A program made the translations under genes and the position numbers. From the NCBI RefSeq assembly GCF_039654945.1, contig NW_027361685.1:4650001-4714000 (forward strand): a stretch of DNA of 64,000 nucleotides, given 5' to 3'. Source of the stretch: Dendrobates tinctorius (Eukaryota). The notes below the pieces were generated by a model. The model saw only the letters and a list, made by a program, of their open reading frames with translations. It did not search any database and was not told the DNA's origin. How positions within the stretch are numbered: position 1 is the first letter of the stretch; every line of letters starts with the position of its first letter. Below are positions 1 through 12,037 of the stretch, piece by piece.

Positions 1-270
1 CGGCTCCGCTCCGTACACCTCGTACACACACGGCTCCGCTCCGTACACCTCGTACACACGCGGCTCCTCTCCGTACACCTCGTACACACACGGCTCCTCT
101 CCGTACACCTCGTACACACACGGCTCCGCTCTGTACACCTCGTACACACACGGCTCCGCTCCGTACACCTCGTACACACACGGCTCCGCTCCGTACACCT
201 TGTACACACGGGGCTCCGCTCCGTACACCTCGTTCACACACGAGCCTGCTCTGTACATCCCGTACACTCA
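1..270. repeat. 30-bp minisatellite (CGGCTCCGCTCCGTACACCTCGTACACACA)n, truncated by the window start
   Basis: About 9 near-identical 30-bp units are directly visible. The same unit forms the array at 16981-18130. Confidence 0.95.
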
Positions 271-806
271 CAGCTCTGCTACATCCACCCTGTAAACCCC
301 TCCTGACCCCACACATAAACTTCCCCTCATCCAGCACCATGACAACCAGCACAGCAGAGTCCTGCACACACTGAGGCCCCTGATCATGTGACCCCTGACT
401 CCTCCCCTCCGGTGACCTCATCACAGGTCCTGTGCGCACAGAGCAGCTGTAGAAATCTCCGGCCTCGGGGGTCTCACCAGACTTCGCTCTTTTCTTGCAG
501 GGGCCGCAGTGGATTTCATCCTGGATCCATAGAGCTGAATAGAGGAGCGATGTTCCTTCACTCTGATGGGAATTGATGGTGACGTTGATGAGTCTATGAG
601 GAACGTGTTCAGCTGCCGACTCTGAGGAGGAAACTGCTTGTTGTCTGTGGCCTAAATATATAGGTTTTATTAGTAGATGTCAGGGAAGAAAACTAAACCC
701 TGTAAGATAATAAATCTCCTCATATGTTTCCCTTATTATCTCCAGTAAGTGTATTATTACACAGGATTCTTATGATGTTACATCGGATCATCTTCTTCTC
801 ATTCAG
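271..806 (+). promoter_or_regulatory. Conserved upstream/putative promoter and 5' UTR block of ZNF paralogue 1
   Basis: Nearly identical to 18131-19113 upstream of paralogue 2. Contains TGACCTCATCA (CRE-like) and TGCGCA motifs. Lacks about 455 bp present in copy 2. Promoter function is inferred from position only. Confidence 0.4.
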
Positions 807-878
807 GTCTCTACAATATCGGATCCTCTCAGTGAAGATCTTCTACAGAAGAGAATATTCCTGATTTACCCATCAAGG

Positions 879-3800
879 ATGGATATGGACAGAGACAAGA
901 TGGCGGAGAGGATGTTACACCTCACCCTAGAGATCCTCTTCCGTCTCACTGGAGAGGTGAGAGATTCTGATGACGTCACATTCCATCATTCTTATCTATG
1001 GGAATAACAGATGGACAGAACTGGAGAGGTGAGGACTCTGGAAATGTCTGTAGTGAGATTTATTAATGTGTCTCCATAACCAGGATTACACAGTGGTGAA
1101 GAAGACCTCTAGTGATCGCTGTCAGGACCCTGTGTCTGAGGGATGGGGAAGACCCCTGAGCCCAATCACGGGGCCTCCACCTCACCCCCTGATCCATGAG
1201 GACATCAATGACCAGAAGATCCTAGACCTCATCTACAAGATGACTGAGCTGCTGACTGGAGAGGTGACACTGCTGGGAATGCTGGGACATTATACAGTAA
1301 CGCTATGAAGGGATCGGGGGATGACGGTATCATTGTATGTGTCAGGTTCCTATAAGGTGTCAGGATGTCGCTGTCTATTTCTCCATGGAGGAGTGGGAGT
1401 ATTTAGAAGGACACAGAGATCAGTACAAGAACGTCATAATGGAGGTTCCCCAGCCCCTCACATCACCAGGTAATAGACAGGACTAAATACACACGGCCTA
1501 TAATTATCTGTATGTAGAGAATGAATTCAGTCCCTGTATGTGTTTCCTCCAGATCTATCCAGTAAGATGACAACACCAGAGAGATGTCCCCGTCCTCTTC
1601 TTCCACAGGACTGTAACCAAGAAGATCCCAGTGCTCCTCAGGATCATCAGGTAGATGGAGAGAAGGTGTCAGGAGATCTCCCCTGTGATGTGTAGACGGC
1701 TGTGAAGGTCTTGTGCTCAGTCTTGTTTTATCCACCAGTATTATATTTTTTATACTTGTGTGATGAGAACGGTGGAGATGGTAGGATTAGAGCTGATCAT
1801 AGATGGGACTTCTCCATCTGTCGGTGACTTTTACAATATTTTTTTCAGGGTGAAGATCTGACCCATATTAATACTACAGAGACATATGTGAGAGAAGATG
1901 AGTGGTGTAAAGAGGAGATTCCCACATATGACTACCCAGGTGAGTAGTAACCACTGAATGCAGAGAAGTCACAGATTCCTCTCAGTCACCGGCTGTGGCT
2001 GCTTTATCGGTGGTGTAGTCCGGCCATATTACCATGATCACCATTTTCCCTCTAGACCACAACATTCTCCTCCACCCAAAACTCTTCAAATTTCTTTGGG
2101 CATTGAAAGCCCTTTTCTATAGAACTTACAACCTGGAGGATCCACCTACCCCCTGGGATTAGTGTGAGGGTGATCCCTTAAAGCGAGATCTATATGATTG
2201 CTTGTACCTGACCCAATATAGGCCAAGTGCGCGCTTAAAGGGTCACACTGAACGCAAAGTTAGGCCGGGATCACACTACTGTTGTGATGCAAGAAACTTG
2301 CACGAGTCTCTCGCATCAACACCCGTCACTGCTGCCGCTCATCGAGACTGGAGCTGCGGCTGCATAGAAATCCTAAAGTTTATTCTCCAGACAAAGAGAC
2401 AGGAATTAGACAGGTAATGGCCAGAGCCTTCTAAACTATAAAGCCAAATGACAGCGTACGTAGAATGTGCTGACAAGATAGAAAATCACTTGAAGAAAAA
2501 TATTATGCTGGGCCTGTAAGAGAAAGCGGAGGGTAATGATGCTGTTGGCTTCCTAGATCCCTGAGATCTTATCGGATGAATCTTCTCTCCCTTCTGTGCT
2601 GCTGAATGTCTCATGGTTCCTAGGGATGAGCGAGTATACTCGTTAGGATTTGGTACTCGCGGTACTCGAATCCTGGCGAGTATTTCACAACTCTCCTCTC
2701 TAAGCTGTGCGTGGCTGATGGCTGTAATATACATTTATTCCCGCCTGCAGGAGATGTGTTGGCTCCAGCCCTGGTGTCATGGAGTCACTCCACATCATAA
2801 ATTACATTGTTTCTGATCCTAAGGAATTCAGATTACTGCACAATCTCTCCTGAAATGGGGAGCAATATTATTTTCTCTAATCTTCTGCTCAGGATTCATA
2901 GTAGCTCCAATGCTCCACCATAAATGAGGGCTACTCTGGTTTACTGTTGTGTAATCTGTATTTGTAGTTTTCAGTAATGAGATTCTCGTGCTCTGAGGCA
3001 TGGCTGTGGGCGGGGCTTTATGTGTTGCGCTGATTACATATTCATCTGTATTGGCTTATGACAGGTCGCTGACCCCTCACTGACCTGCCCCCCATTATTA
3101 CATAATGCATATAATAGCATTGATATTATTGTTGATAATGCCTATAATATTGTGGCTATTGTGAGGCTTAGAAAAAAAATTACATCCAGCAAAATGACAC
3201 CAGCGGCGCCTGTCCAGTAGCCTCTGTCTCTTACTTATAGATGCTACTGCGCAGGCGCCGCCATCACCGGTGACATTTTGCTGGTTGGCACTATCTTCTC
3301 TGCTTTCCATATCCCAAGGATTGCCTTGCTCATCGCCCTATAACACCCTCACATGGAATCTGGACTTACACAGGGACCCCTAGGCTTGGACCATGGTGTT
3401 ACCTGCTATTCTGTGGTGTTAGATGGTAAGAAGAATAGTCAGGTAGCTGGGTCAGAACCAGAAGAACAGAATACAGAATCAGAAGACACAAGAGTAGTCA
3501 GTAAACGGACCACGGTCACAGCAGGAAACAAATACACAAGCCGCAAGCTGAGCACAGAGGACTGAACCAGAGGAGAACAACACTGTATCTGGCAGATTCC
3601 GGCCATGTGCTTTGCGCTTTAGTAGGGTGTGGTACTTTCCAATTGGTTGAAGTAGGGAGCAGATTACTCCAGCTGGACAGCAGCAACAGATCCCAGATGA
3701 GATTGGACACACCATGTGCAGAAGCCCTAATATAACTAAATGACAGAAAACCAGAATAGTAGAAATCCCCATAAAGTGATTCCATGTTATTAATTAATTC

Positions 3801-6800
3801 ACTGAGGGTTATAATCTATACACACGGGGTCAAAATTGTTGCTACCCCTCGTTTAATGACAGAAAAACCCACAATGGTCACAGAAATAACTTGAATCTGA
3901 CAAAAGTAATAATAAATAATAAATCTGTGAAAATGAACAATGAAAGTCAGACATTGCTTTCCAACCATGCTTCCACAGAATTAAAAAATAAATAAAACTC
4001 ATGAAATAGGCCTGGACAGAAATGATGGAACCCCTGAAAATAATGTAACAAAAGGGACATGTTAAATCGCGATGTGTCCACTAATTATCATCACAGGTGT
4101 CTACAATCCTGGAATCAGTGAGTGGCCTGTATAGAGGCTACAGATACTCACTGTACTGTTTGGTGACATAGTATGAATCACACTCAACAAGGACCAGAGG
4201 AAGCGAAGAAGAGAGATGTCCCAGGAGATTAGAAAGAAAATTATAGACAAACATGTTACAGGTAAAAGTTATAAGACCATCTCCAAGCAGCTTGATGTTC
4301 CTGTGACTACAGTTGCACATATTATTCAGGAATGTAAGATCCATAAGACTGTAGCCAACCTCCCTGGACGTGGCCACAGGAGGAAAATTCATGGCAAATC
4401 AAAGAGATGGATAATACGAATGGTAACAAAAGAGCCCAGAAAAACTTCTAAACAAAAGGTGAACTTCAAGCTCAAGGAACATCAGTGTCAGATCCCACCA
4501 TCACAAAAATTTTCCTTTAGACCTAATTTTTTTTTACTTTCGCAAGGGTAATAGGAGAAAATGGACTATACATTTTGTTTTGCAATTTCTCCTGAGCATG
4601 CCGATACCCTATATGTGGGGGAAATCTACTGTTTGGGCACACAGCAGGGTTCGGAAGGGAAGGAGCGCCATTTGACTTTTTGAATGTAAAATATGCTGGA
4701 ATAATTAGCGGTTGCCATGTCACGTTTCGAGAGCCCCTCATCTGCCTAAACAGTGTAAACCACCAACAAGTGACACCATTTTGGAAACTAGACCCCTTAG
4801 GGAACTTATCCAGATGTGTATTGAGCACCTTGAACCCACAGATGTTTCACAGAAGTTTATAATGTAGAGCCGTGGAAATAAAAAAAAATACAATTTTTCA
4901 CAAATCTTTTTAGCTCCATATTTTGCATTTTCATAAGGGTAACAGGAGAGATTGCTCCATGCAATTTCTCCTGAGCTCGCCGATACCCCATATGTGGGAG
5001 AATACTACTGTTTGGGCGCATGGCAGAGCTTAGAGGGGAAGGAGCGCCATATTGGAGAGCAGATTTTGCTGGAATTGTTTGTGGCTGACATGTCACATTG
5101 TCAGAGACACTGACGTGTCTAAACAGTGGAAATCCGACCCCATTTTGGAAACTAAACCCCTCCCCAAGGAACTTATCTAGACATGAGGTGGGCACTTTGA
5201 ACCCCCAAGTGCTTCACAGAAGCTAATTACATAGAGCCGTGAAAATAAAAAAACATTTTTTCCACAAAAAAATGAACTTTTCGCCCTCAATTGTTTTTTC
5301 CAACGGCTAACAGGAGAAATTGGACCCCAAAAGTTGTTTTGCAATTTGTCCTGAGTATTCTGACACCCCATATGTGGGGGTAATCGACTGTTTGGGCGCA
5401 TGGCAGAGCTCCAAAGGGAAGGAGTGTCGTATTGGAGAGCAGATTTTGCTGGAATTGTTTGTGGGTGACATGTCACGTTGTCAGAGCCCCTGAGGTGCTA
5501 GAACTGCATGAGCTCCAAAAGTGACTGCATTTTACCAAATACTTCCCTGAATGAATTCTTCCAGTGGTGCAGTGAGCATACTGACACCACAGCTGTTGCA
5601 TAGAAAATTATACCATTAGGCAGTGAAGAAGAAATAATTACATTTTTACCACTAAAATGTTGTTTTATCCCCAGATTTTACATTTACATTGGAAAATAGG
5701 TAGATAGGTAAATGGTCCCTACACCCATAGATGAATTCTCAGAGGGGTGTCATTTCCAAAATGGGGTCACTTCAGGGGGGGATTCTGCTGTTGTGGCACT
5801 TTGGAGAGCCGCTAAGTGCCAGAACTACAGAATCCCCCCTGAAGTGACCCCATTTTGGAAATGACACCCCTCTGGGAATTCATCTATGGGTATAGTGACC
5901 ATTTTCACTGCATGGATGATTTCCAATATATTGTGTCCAGCTTGTGTCTCTGGAGACCTCCCCCCACCTACCCCCGGAAATTGTTAAGTCAGCTCTACTC
6001 AAATGTGTCTGTCACTAAATAAACCAAATGCTTGAATGTCAAAACAGTTCAAAAACGTGGTTCTGTATGGAAGATTGTAAAGCCGTCATGGAGGCATAAG
6101 GCTGGCAGTGATGGGCATTGTGGGTAATAATAGCGGGGATCATGCCTCATTCCTCTCTAGGAACATACACGACATCTTCTCTGGGGGTTCTTTCTTGTTT
6201 CAGTTACTGGGATGAGTGCAATAAAATGTCGCTCAGTGAGTCTTCTAACATCTTCACATTATAAAGGATTGGCGGGGACAACATTGTCAAAAACAAGATT
6301 TTCAGTGACCTTTTCCTGATAATCAAGGAAAGTATCTGCATTTCCGGCTTTTTTGTATAACACAAAAGAATTATATGTGGCCACCTGAAACAAATAAATG
6401 ACTAACTTTTTATACCAGATATATGATTTTCTTGATACCTGGTATGGCTGTAGAACCTGATCTGCAAGGTCAACCCCCCCATATATTTGTTGTAGTCAAT
6501 GACTAAAAACAGGTTTTGGAGTAGTGGATCCCTGTTGGTCTGCAGTGGCCCTTGTGGCATCTGGGTGGATTGAGCTCAGGATAAAAATATCTTTTTTATC
6601 CTTATACTTAAGGACAAGCAGCTCTCCATTGCGTAAAGCCCCTGACTGCCCCTTTCAGAACTTTTTGCTGACCAATGATTCTGGAAACCCCTGATGTTTT
6701 TTTCGAATGGTCCCAGAAGCCCCTATGTTATGTTCAACCAGACTTTTAAATAGAGGTATGCTGGTGTAGTAGTTGTCAACATACAGATTGCAGCCTTTTT

Positions 6801-9259
6801 GTAAAAATGGAGTTATCGGCTCCCAAACGATTTTTCCAGATGTCCCCAGATAAGTAGGGCATCCTGGTGGGATTAGTTGGCTATCTTTCCCCTCATAAAT
6901 GTGTAAAGCTGATGTGTATCTGATTGAACGCTCGCACATTTTATAGAGCTTTATTCCGAACCTTGCCCTCTTAGAAGGAATAAATGGCTTGAGGTGCAGT
7001 CTTCCTTTGAATTTTACAAGGGACTCATCAATGGAAATGTTTTCTGTTGGGGTGTAAAGCTTTAAGAACTTTTCTGTCAAGTCTTCGATGATGGGTCTGA
7101 TTTTGAATAGTCTGTCATGTTCTGGGACATTTCTGGGCAGGCATCGACTATTGTCGTTAAAATGCCAAAATCTCATGAGCATCTCATAACAGGTGCTAGG
7201 AAGAACGGCAGAAATCATAGCGGTGGCTTGAACAGGCGGTTGGACCAATAAGACCAAATGCTCATTTTTTTTAACAAGCCTCATAATGAATGTAAGTCCT
7301 AAAAATGTTTTCATTTCTAGGACATTAGTTGGTGTCCATAAATTTGACCTAGCATAATAGGATCGTGGATTCTGGCTGATGAATTGGGACGCATATAAAT
7401 TTGTAGGACAATATGCTCTAGCAAGCTATCTGTCAGAAACAAATTAAAAAAATTAATTGGTGCAAAATTTTCCTCCTCCACATTTATACCAGGAATGGCA
7501 TTAAAATTAGGGATGAATGGAGTAGTCGAATCCGAAGCCTCCCATCTGGGAAATGCTACATCAAGAGGCAAAGCCCCTTGGACATTGGTGTGCGCCAATT
7601 CTCGAGCACTAGGGACAGCGCTAGTACTGGGCATTGTTCCCTGAGTTGGAGACATTTCTCCAGAAGCGCTATTTGTCCTTCTTGTTGTACTGGTCCTTGT
7701 GTGTGAGGATGGACCAGAATCACTGCTCATTTCTGAGCTATCACTGTCGCTGCTACTAAAGCCCTCGAAATCCTCATCGCCATCTGACACTGCACTTTCT
7801 TCACTGTCAGAACATAAAAGTGCATAAGCCTCCTCTGTACTATAAAACTTAAGGGCCATTTTATTCGTTTTTTTTTTTTTTTTCGGAAAAAGAAAACTCT
7901 GACGTGACTGACGGGACCCAATTATTGGGGAGACAATTGAGAAAAGCCTAATTCTTTAGCCTAACACTAACCCTAACTATAGCATTAACTGTAACCTGCC
8001 TTATCTGTTTTTCCATTGACAGATGATGGACCTGAGTGGGGACTTGTTTTTTGTGAGATGAGAATTGGTATTATTTTCGCCTACATAACATTGATTGGTT
8101 TCTTTTTATTCGATATTTGGGAGGCAGAATGAACAAACAGTTGAACACCGCACACTACTGGCTCATCCAACAAGGTTTTCTATTAGACTGTGAACTGTCA
8201 TTGTTTTGGTAAATAAAGTTTTTTACATAGTTTGCCATTTTTATGGACAGTTTAAGTAGAAATGTTCAAAAATATAAAACTCAAGGATATTTTATTAATA
8301 AATAATTGTTTTTTATCTTAGCAGATGACCGTACCAGGAGATCAGAGGGACAGCTGACATCTTCAATTTTTAAATCTGATGATCTTGAGATCCTACAAGA
8401 TACAACAGAAGTGATTGCTATTACTCCAGATATACCATCATCCATTCACAGCAAAGATCTGTCATCTGATTATATGAAACAGGTCCCACCTTCTGATTCA
8501 TTACTGACTACTAAGGAAAATCAAAGTCACAAAAGAGGCATTATAAAACAAACTGCTCCTAAAGCAAAGAAGTCATTTTCCTGTTCAGAATGTGGGAAAT
8601 GTTTTAAACAGAAATGGAATCTTGATATACACCAAAGAACTCACACAGGAGTGAAGCCTTTTTCCTGTTCAGAATGTGGGAAATGTTTTAACCAGAAAGG
8701 GAATCTTGATATACACCAAAGAACTCACACAGGAAAGAAGTCATTTTCATGTTCAGAATGTGGGAAATGTTTTAACAAGAAATCACATTTTGTAACACAC
8801 CAGAGAACTCACACAGGAGAGAAGCCTTTTTCCTGTTCAGAATGTGGGAAATGTTTTAACCAGAAAGGGTGTCTTAATGAACATCATAGAACTCACACAG
8901 GGGAGAAGCCTTTTTCATGTTCAGAATGTGGCAAATGTTTTACTCAGAATTCACATCTTGTTAGACATGAGAGAATTCACCCAGGAGAGAGGCCATATTC
9001 ATGTTCAAAATGTGGGAAATGTTTTAAATGGAAAATAGATCTTGATCACCATCAAATAACCCACACAGGGAAGCTTTTTTCCTGTTCAGAATGTGGGAAA
9101 TGTTTTAACCATAAAGGGAATTTTGTTACTCACCAAAGAACGCACACAGGGGAGAAGCCTTTTTCATGTTCAGAATGTGGGAAATGTTTTAACCGGAAAG
9201 CGCTTCTTGTTAGACATCAGAGCAGTCACACAGGGGAGAAGCCGTTTTCATTTTCTTAA
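879..9259 (+). CDS. FAX/KRAB-type C2H2 zinc-finger gene, paralogue 1 (about 502 aa, 8 fingers; oocyte/gastrula ZNF-like). Exons 879-956, 1084-1263, 1346-1469, 1553-1650, 1849-1939, 8322(or 8325)-9259
   Basis: All introns are GT..AG with consistent phases (0,0,1,0,1). Exons translate to [26 protein letters not shown] / DYTVVKK...KMTELLTGE / [23 protein letters not shown] (KRAB-A-like) / spacer exons / 8 CxxC..HxxxH fingers with TGEKP-type linkers. Confidence 0.9.
1346..1469 (+). CDS. KRAB-A-like exon of ZNF paralogue 1
   Basis: [33 protein letters not shown] matches the KRAB-A pattern DVAVxFSxEEW..L...QxxLYxxVMxE. Flanked by cag| and |gtaat. Confidence 0.85.
3821..4500 (+). mobile_element. 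Tc1/mariner transposon, 5' fragment (truncated)
   Basis: TA|CAC..GGTCAAAATTGTTG terminus. ORF 4216-4551 encodes the Tc1 paired-like N-terminus ([36 protein letters not shown]) and then runs into piggyBac-type sequence. Confidence 0.8.
4501..5930. mobile_element. piggyBac-type subterminal repetitive region (diverged direct repeats of about 350-400 bp)
   Basis: Recurring motifs CCCCATATGTGGG..TGTTTGGGCGCA..GGAAGGAGCGCCAT and CCATTTTGGAAAC. They lie next to the piggyBac transposase and recur in the TTAA-CCCCTT element at 11552. Confidence 0.65.
6049..7859 (-). pseudogene. piggyBac (PGBD4-like) transposase pseudogene in intron 5 of ZNF1
   Basis: Acidic Ser-rich N-terminus (7317-7859), [33 protein letters not shown] core (6655-7314), GGVDLADQ region, and a C-terminal Cys-rich tail RRCRVCS*...QCPSLPALC. 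Frameshifts and stops are present. Confidence 0.88.
8322..9259 (+). CDS. Zinc-finger exon of ZNF paralogue 1 (8 C2H2 fingers)
   Basis: ORF 8306-9259 has 8 [11 protein letters not shown]...H repeats. NAGNAG acceptor (ttag|cag|). Confidence 0.92.
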
Positions 9260-9633
9260 TGTGGGAAATATTTTACTTGGAAATCAACTGTTAATAAACA
9301 TCAGAGATGTCACATAGTGGGAAGCCTTTTTATGTTCATAGTGTTGGAATAGTTTTAACCAAAACTGAATCTTTTTAAATGGGTTGTCTCTTGTCATTCC
9401 TCATGTTTGCTGACAAAAAGATAAAACTAAACTTTATTAATTCCAAATGTAAAACTATACCCATAATTCACCCCTTGAAGGTTAGTCAATAGGTGACTAA
9501 TAGAAAAAACATGTGCCCCACAGTTCAGTATATAGTGTGAGGTGACGTATAGACAGTCACTGTCCAAGCCTCTTATTTCTGCAGGCTTCATCGTCCTCAC
9601 CAAAGGCGTCTTCAGGAGACTATATAATATTGA

Positions 9634-10294
9634 CCTATATTCAAGCGAGACTAGACAAATAAACCTAAAATCATGTATCATGTTATCCGAAACAGTCAGA
9701 AAACCAGCCACATATTGGCAGATCCCAGACCTCAGACTATATACTGTGTAAGTTTATAAGCCCCTCCAGTGTCAGGAATAGATAGTATGTGACAATACAG
9801 TATAATTCTTGTGTTTTTCTCCTATAGGGACTGCCCTAGTTTGGTAATGTAACTGCTGTTAATTAGTAGTGCAGACAAATTGTCCTAGACTAAACTCAGT
9901 CTTCAGACGGCCCAATATGTACCACTCAGGGAAAACTTACCTGCTCCAAAGATCATTAGCAGCTTCTAACTAATGGCCATGCTGCGGTCTGTCAGGGAAT
10001 GAGTGCAATATCGGTATAAAGACTAGGGATATGTGCAGTCATAATGTCTGGGAGATCTGTGCCATTAATTAGTATGAATATGGAAATTATCTCTGAAAGG
10101 TAAGTGTTCCCTGAGCGGTATATACGGTATTATCACATACTATCTATTCCTGACACTGGAGTGGCTTATAAACTTACACAGTATATAGTCTGAGGTCTGG
10201 GATCTGCCAATATGTGGCTAGTTTTCTGACTGTTTCGGATAACATGATTCATGATTTTAGGGTTTTCTTCGTCTAGTCCCGCTTGAATATAGAC
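9634..10294. repeat. Long inverted repeat (arms about 9634-9803 and 10119-10294, inner extension 9917-9943/10098-10124)
   Basis: The arms are reverse complements with few mismatches, e.g. GATCCCAGACCTCAGACTATATACTGTGTAAGTTTATAAG vs CTTATAAACTTACACAGTATATAGTCTGAGGTCTGGGATC. Confidence 0.85.
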
Positions 10295-11547
10295 AAACTA
10301 ATCAAGGATACTAGATGTGGTACCGAGGACCAAAGACGGGGTACTCAGAAGGAAGCTAAGAAAAAGGAAGGAAAACTTCTTTCCTGCATGCTGACCAACG
10401 CAAGAAGCCTGACCAATAAGATTGAAGATCGGGAGTTGGTAATGTATGAGGAAAAATACGACATAGTAGGAATAACTGAGACATGGTTAGACGACAGCTA
10501 TGACTGGGCGGCTAACTTGCAAGGATATGATTTGTTTAGGAGGGATCGTAAAAAAAGGAAAGGGGGCGGAGTCTGTCTATATATAAAGTCCACTTTAAAG
10601 CCCACACTAAGAGAAGATATACAAGAGGGAAATGAAGAGGTGGAGTCTCTATGGGTGGAGATACAAGGAGAGAAAAGTTATAAAATCCTCATAGGGGTTT
10701 GTTATAAGCCACCAAATATAACAGAAACCACTGAAAATGTATTATTGAAACAAAGAGACAAAGCAGCAAATCCCAATGAGGTGATTATTATGGGAGACTT
10801 CAACTACCCCGACATAGACTGGGAAACGGAAACCTGCGGATCTCAGAGAGGAAACCAATTTCTGTCAGTGACCAAGGATAATTATCTGTCCCCACTTGTG
10901 CAGGGCCCAACTAGAGGGACGGCCCTTCTGGACTAAATGTTAAGCCACAGGCCAGATAGAATAACAGAAGTCCGAGTCGATGGCACAGAGGGAACAGTGA
11001 CCACAATATAATACAAGTCCACTTGTCCTTCAGTAAGGAGCCCTGGAAGGGGGTTACCAAAACGCTGAATTTCAGGAAAGCAAAGTTTGATCAGCTTAGA
11101 TAGGACCTTCGCCGAATTGATTGGGGCAATGTCCTCAAAAATAGGAGCACAGAAAATAAATGGGAAATATTTAAATCAGTCTTACACACCCACTGCGAGC
11201 TAGCCATACCGTACAGAAATAAAAGGGCTAGGAACAGGAGAACACCAATGTGGCTAAATAAGGATGTAAAAAGAGCAATAACTAACAAGAACAAGGCATT
11301 TAGGAAGCTAAAACAAGAAGGCAATGAAGAAGCATTAAAAAGTTATAGAGAAAAAAATAAAATGTGCAAAAAACAAATACATTTAGCAAAAGTGGAAACT
11401 GAGAGACTCATTGCTAAGGAAAGTAAAACAAACCCCAAACTATTCTTTAATTATATAAACAGTAAAAAGATTAAAATTGATGGTGTCGGCCCTTTAAAGA
11501 ACAATGAGGGTGAAATCATAGAGAGCGATATGGGAAAAGCAAATGTT
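10295..11547 (+). mobile_element. CR1 LINE fragment (APE endonuclease and linker), degenerate
   Basis: TNARSL..NK, YDIVGITETWL, FRRDR..KGGGV, GVCYKPP, MGDFNYPDIDW, PMWLN, NPKLFFNYIN motifs. Truncated at the TTAA at 11548. Confidence 0.9.
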
Positions 11548-12037
11548 TTAACCCCTTAACCCCCAAAGGTGGTTTGTACGTTCATGCCCGGGCCAATTTT
11601 TACAATTCTGACCACTGTCCCTTTATGAGGTAATAACTCTGAAACGCTTCCATGGATCCCGGTGATTCTGACATTGTTTTCTCGTGACATATTGTACTTC
11701 ATGCTAGTGTTAAAATTTCATTCATATAACTTGCGTTTATTTGTGAAAAAAATGGAAATTTGGCGAAAATTTTGAAAATTTCGCAATTTTCCAACTTTGA
11801 ATTTTTATGCCCTTAAATCACAGAGATATGTCACACAAAAAACTTAATAAGTAACATTTCCCACATGTTTACATCAGCACAATTTTGGAACCAAATTTTT
11901 TTTTGTTAGGAAGTTATAAGGGTTAAAAGTTGACCAGCGATTTCTTATTTTTACACCATTTTATTTTTACGGACCACATCACATTTGAAGTCACTTTGAG
12001 GGGTCTATATGATAGAAAATACCCAAAAGTGACACCA

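Noticed and set aside
388-576. 62-aa ORF conserved in both duplicates (also 18245-18433)
   Set aside because: It has a GTG start and no domain. Conservation is explained by recent duplication.
6049-7859. Domesticated PGBD gene
   Set aside because: Frameshifts and in-frame stops, including one in the Cys-rich domain.
7960-7996. Interstitial telomeric repeat
   Set aside because: Only one or two degenerate TAACCC units. Too short to support.
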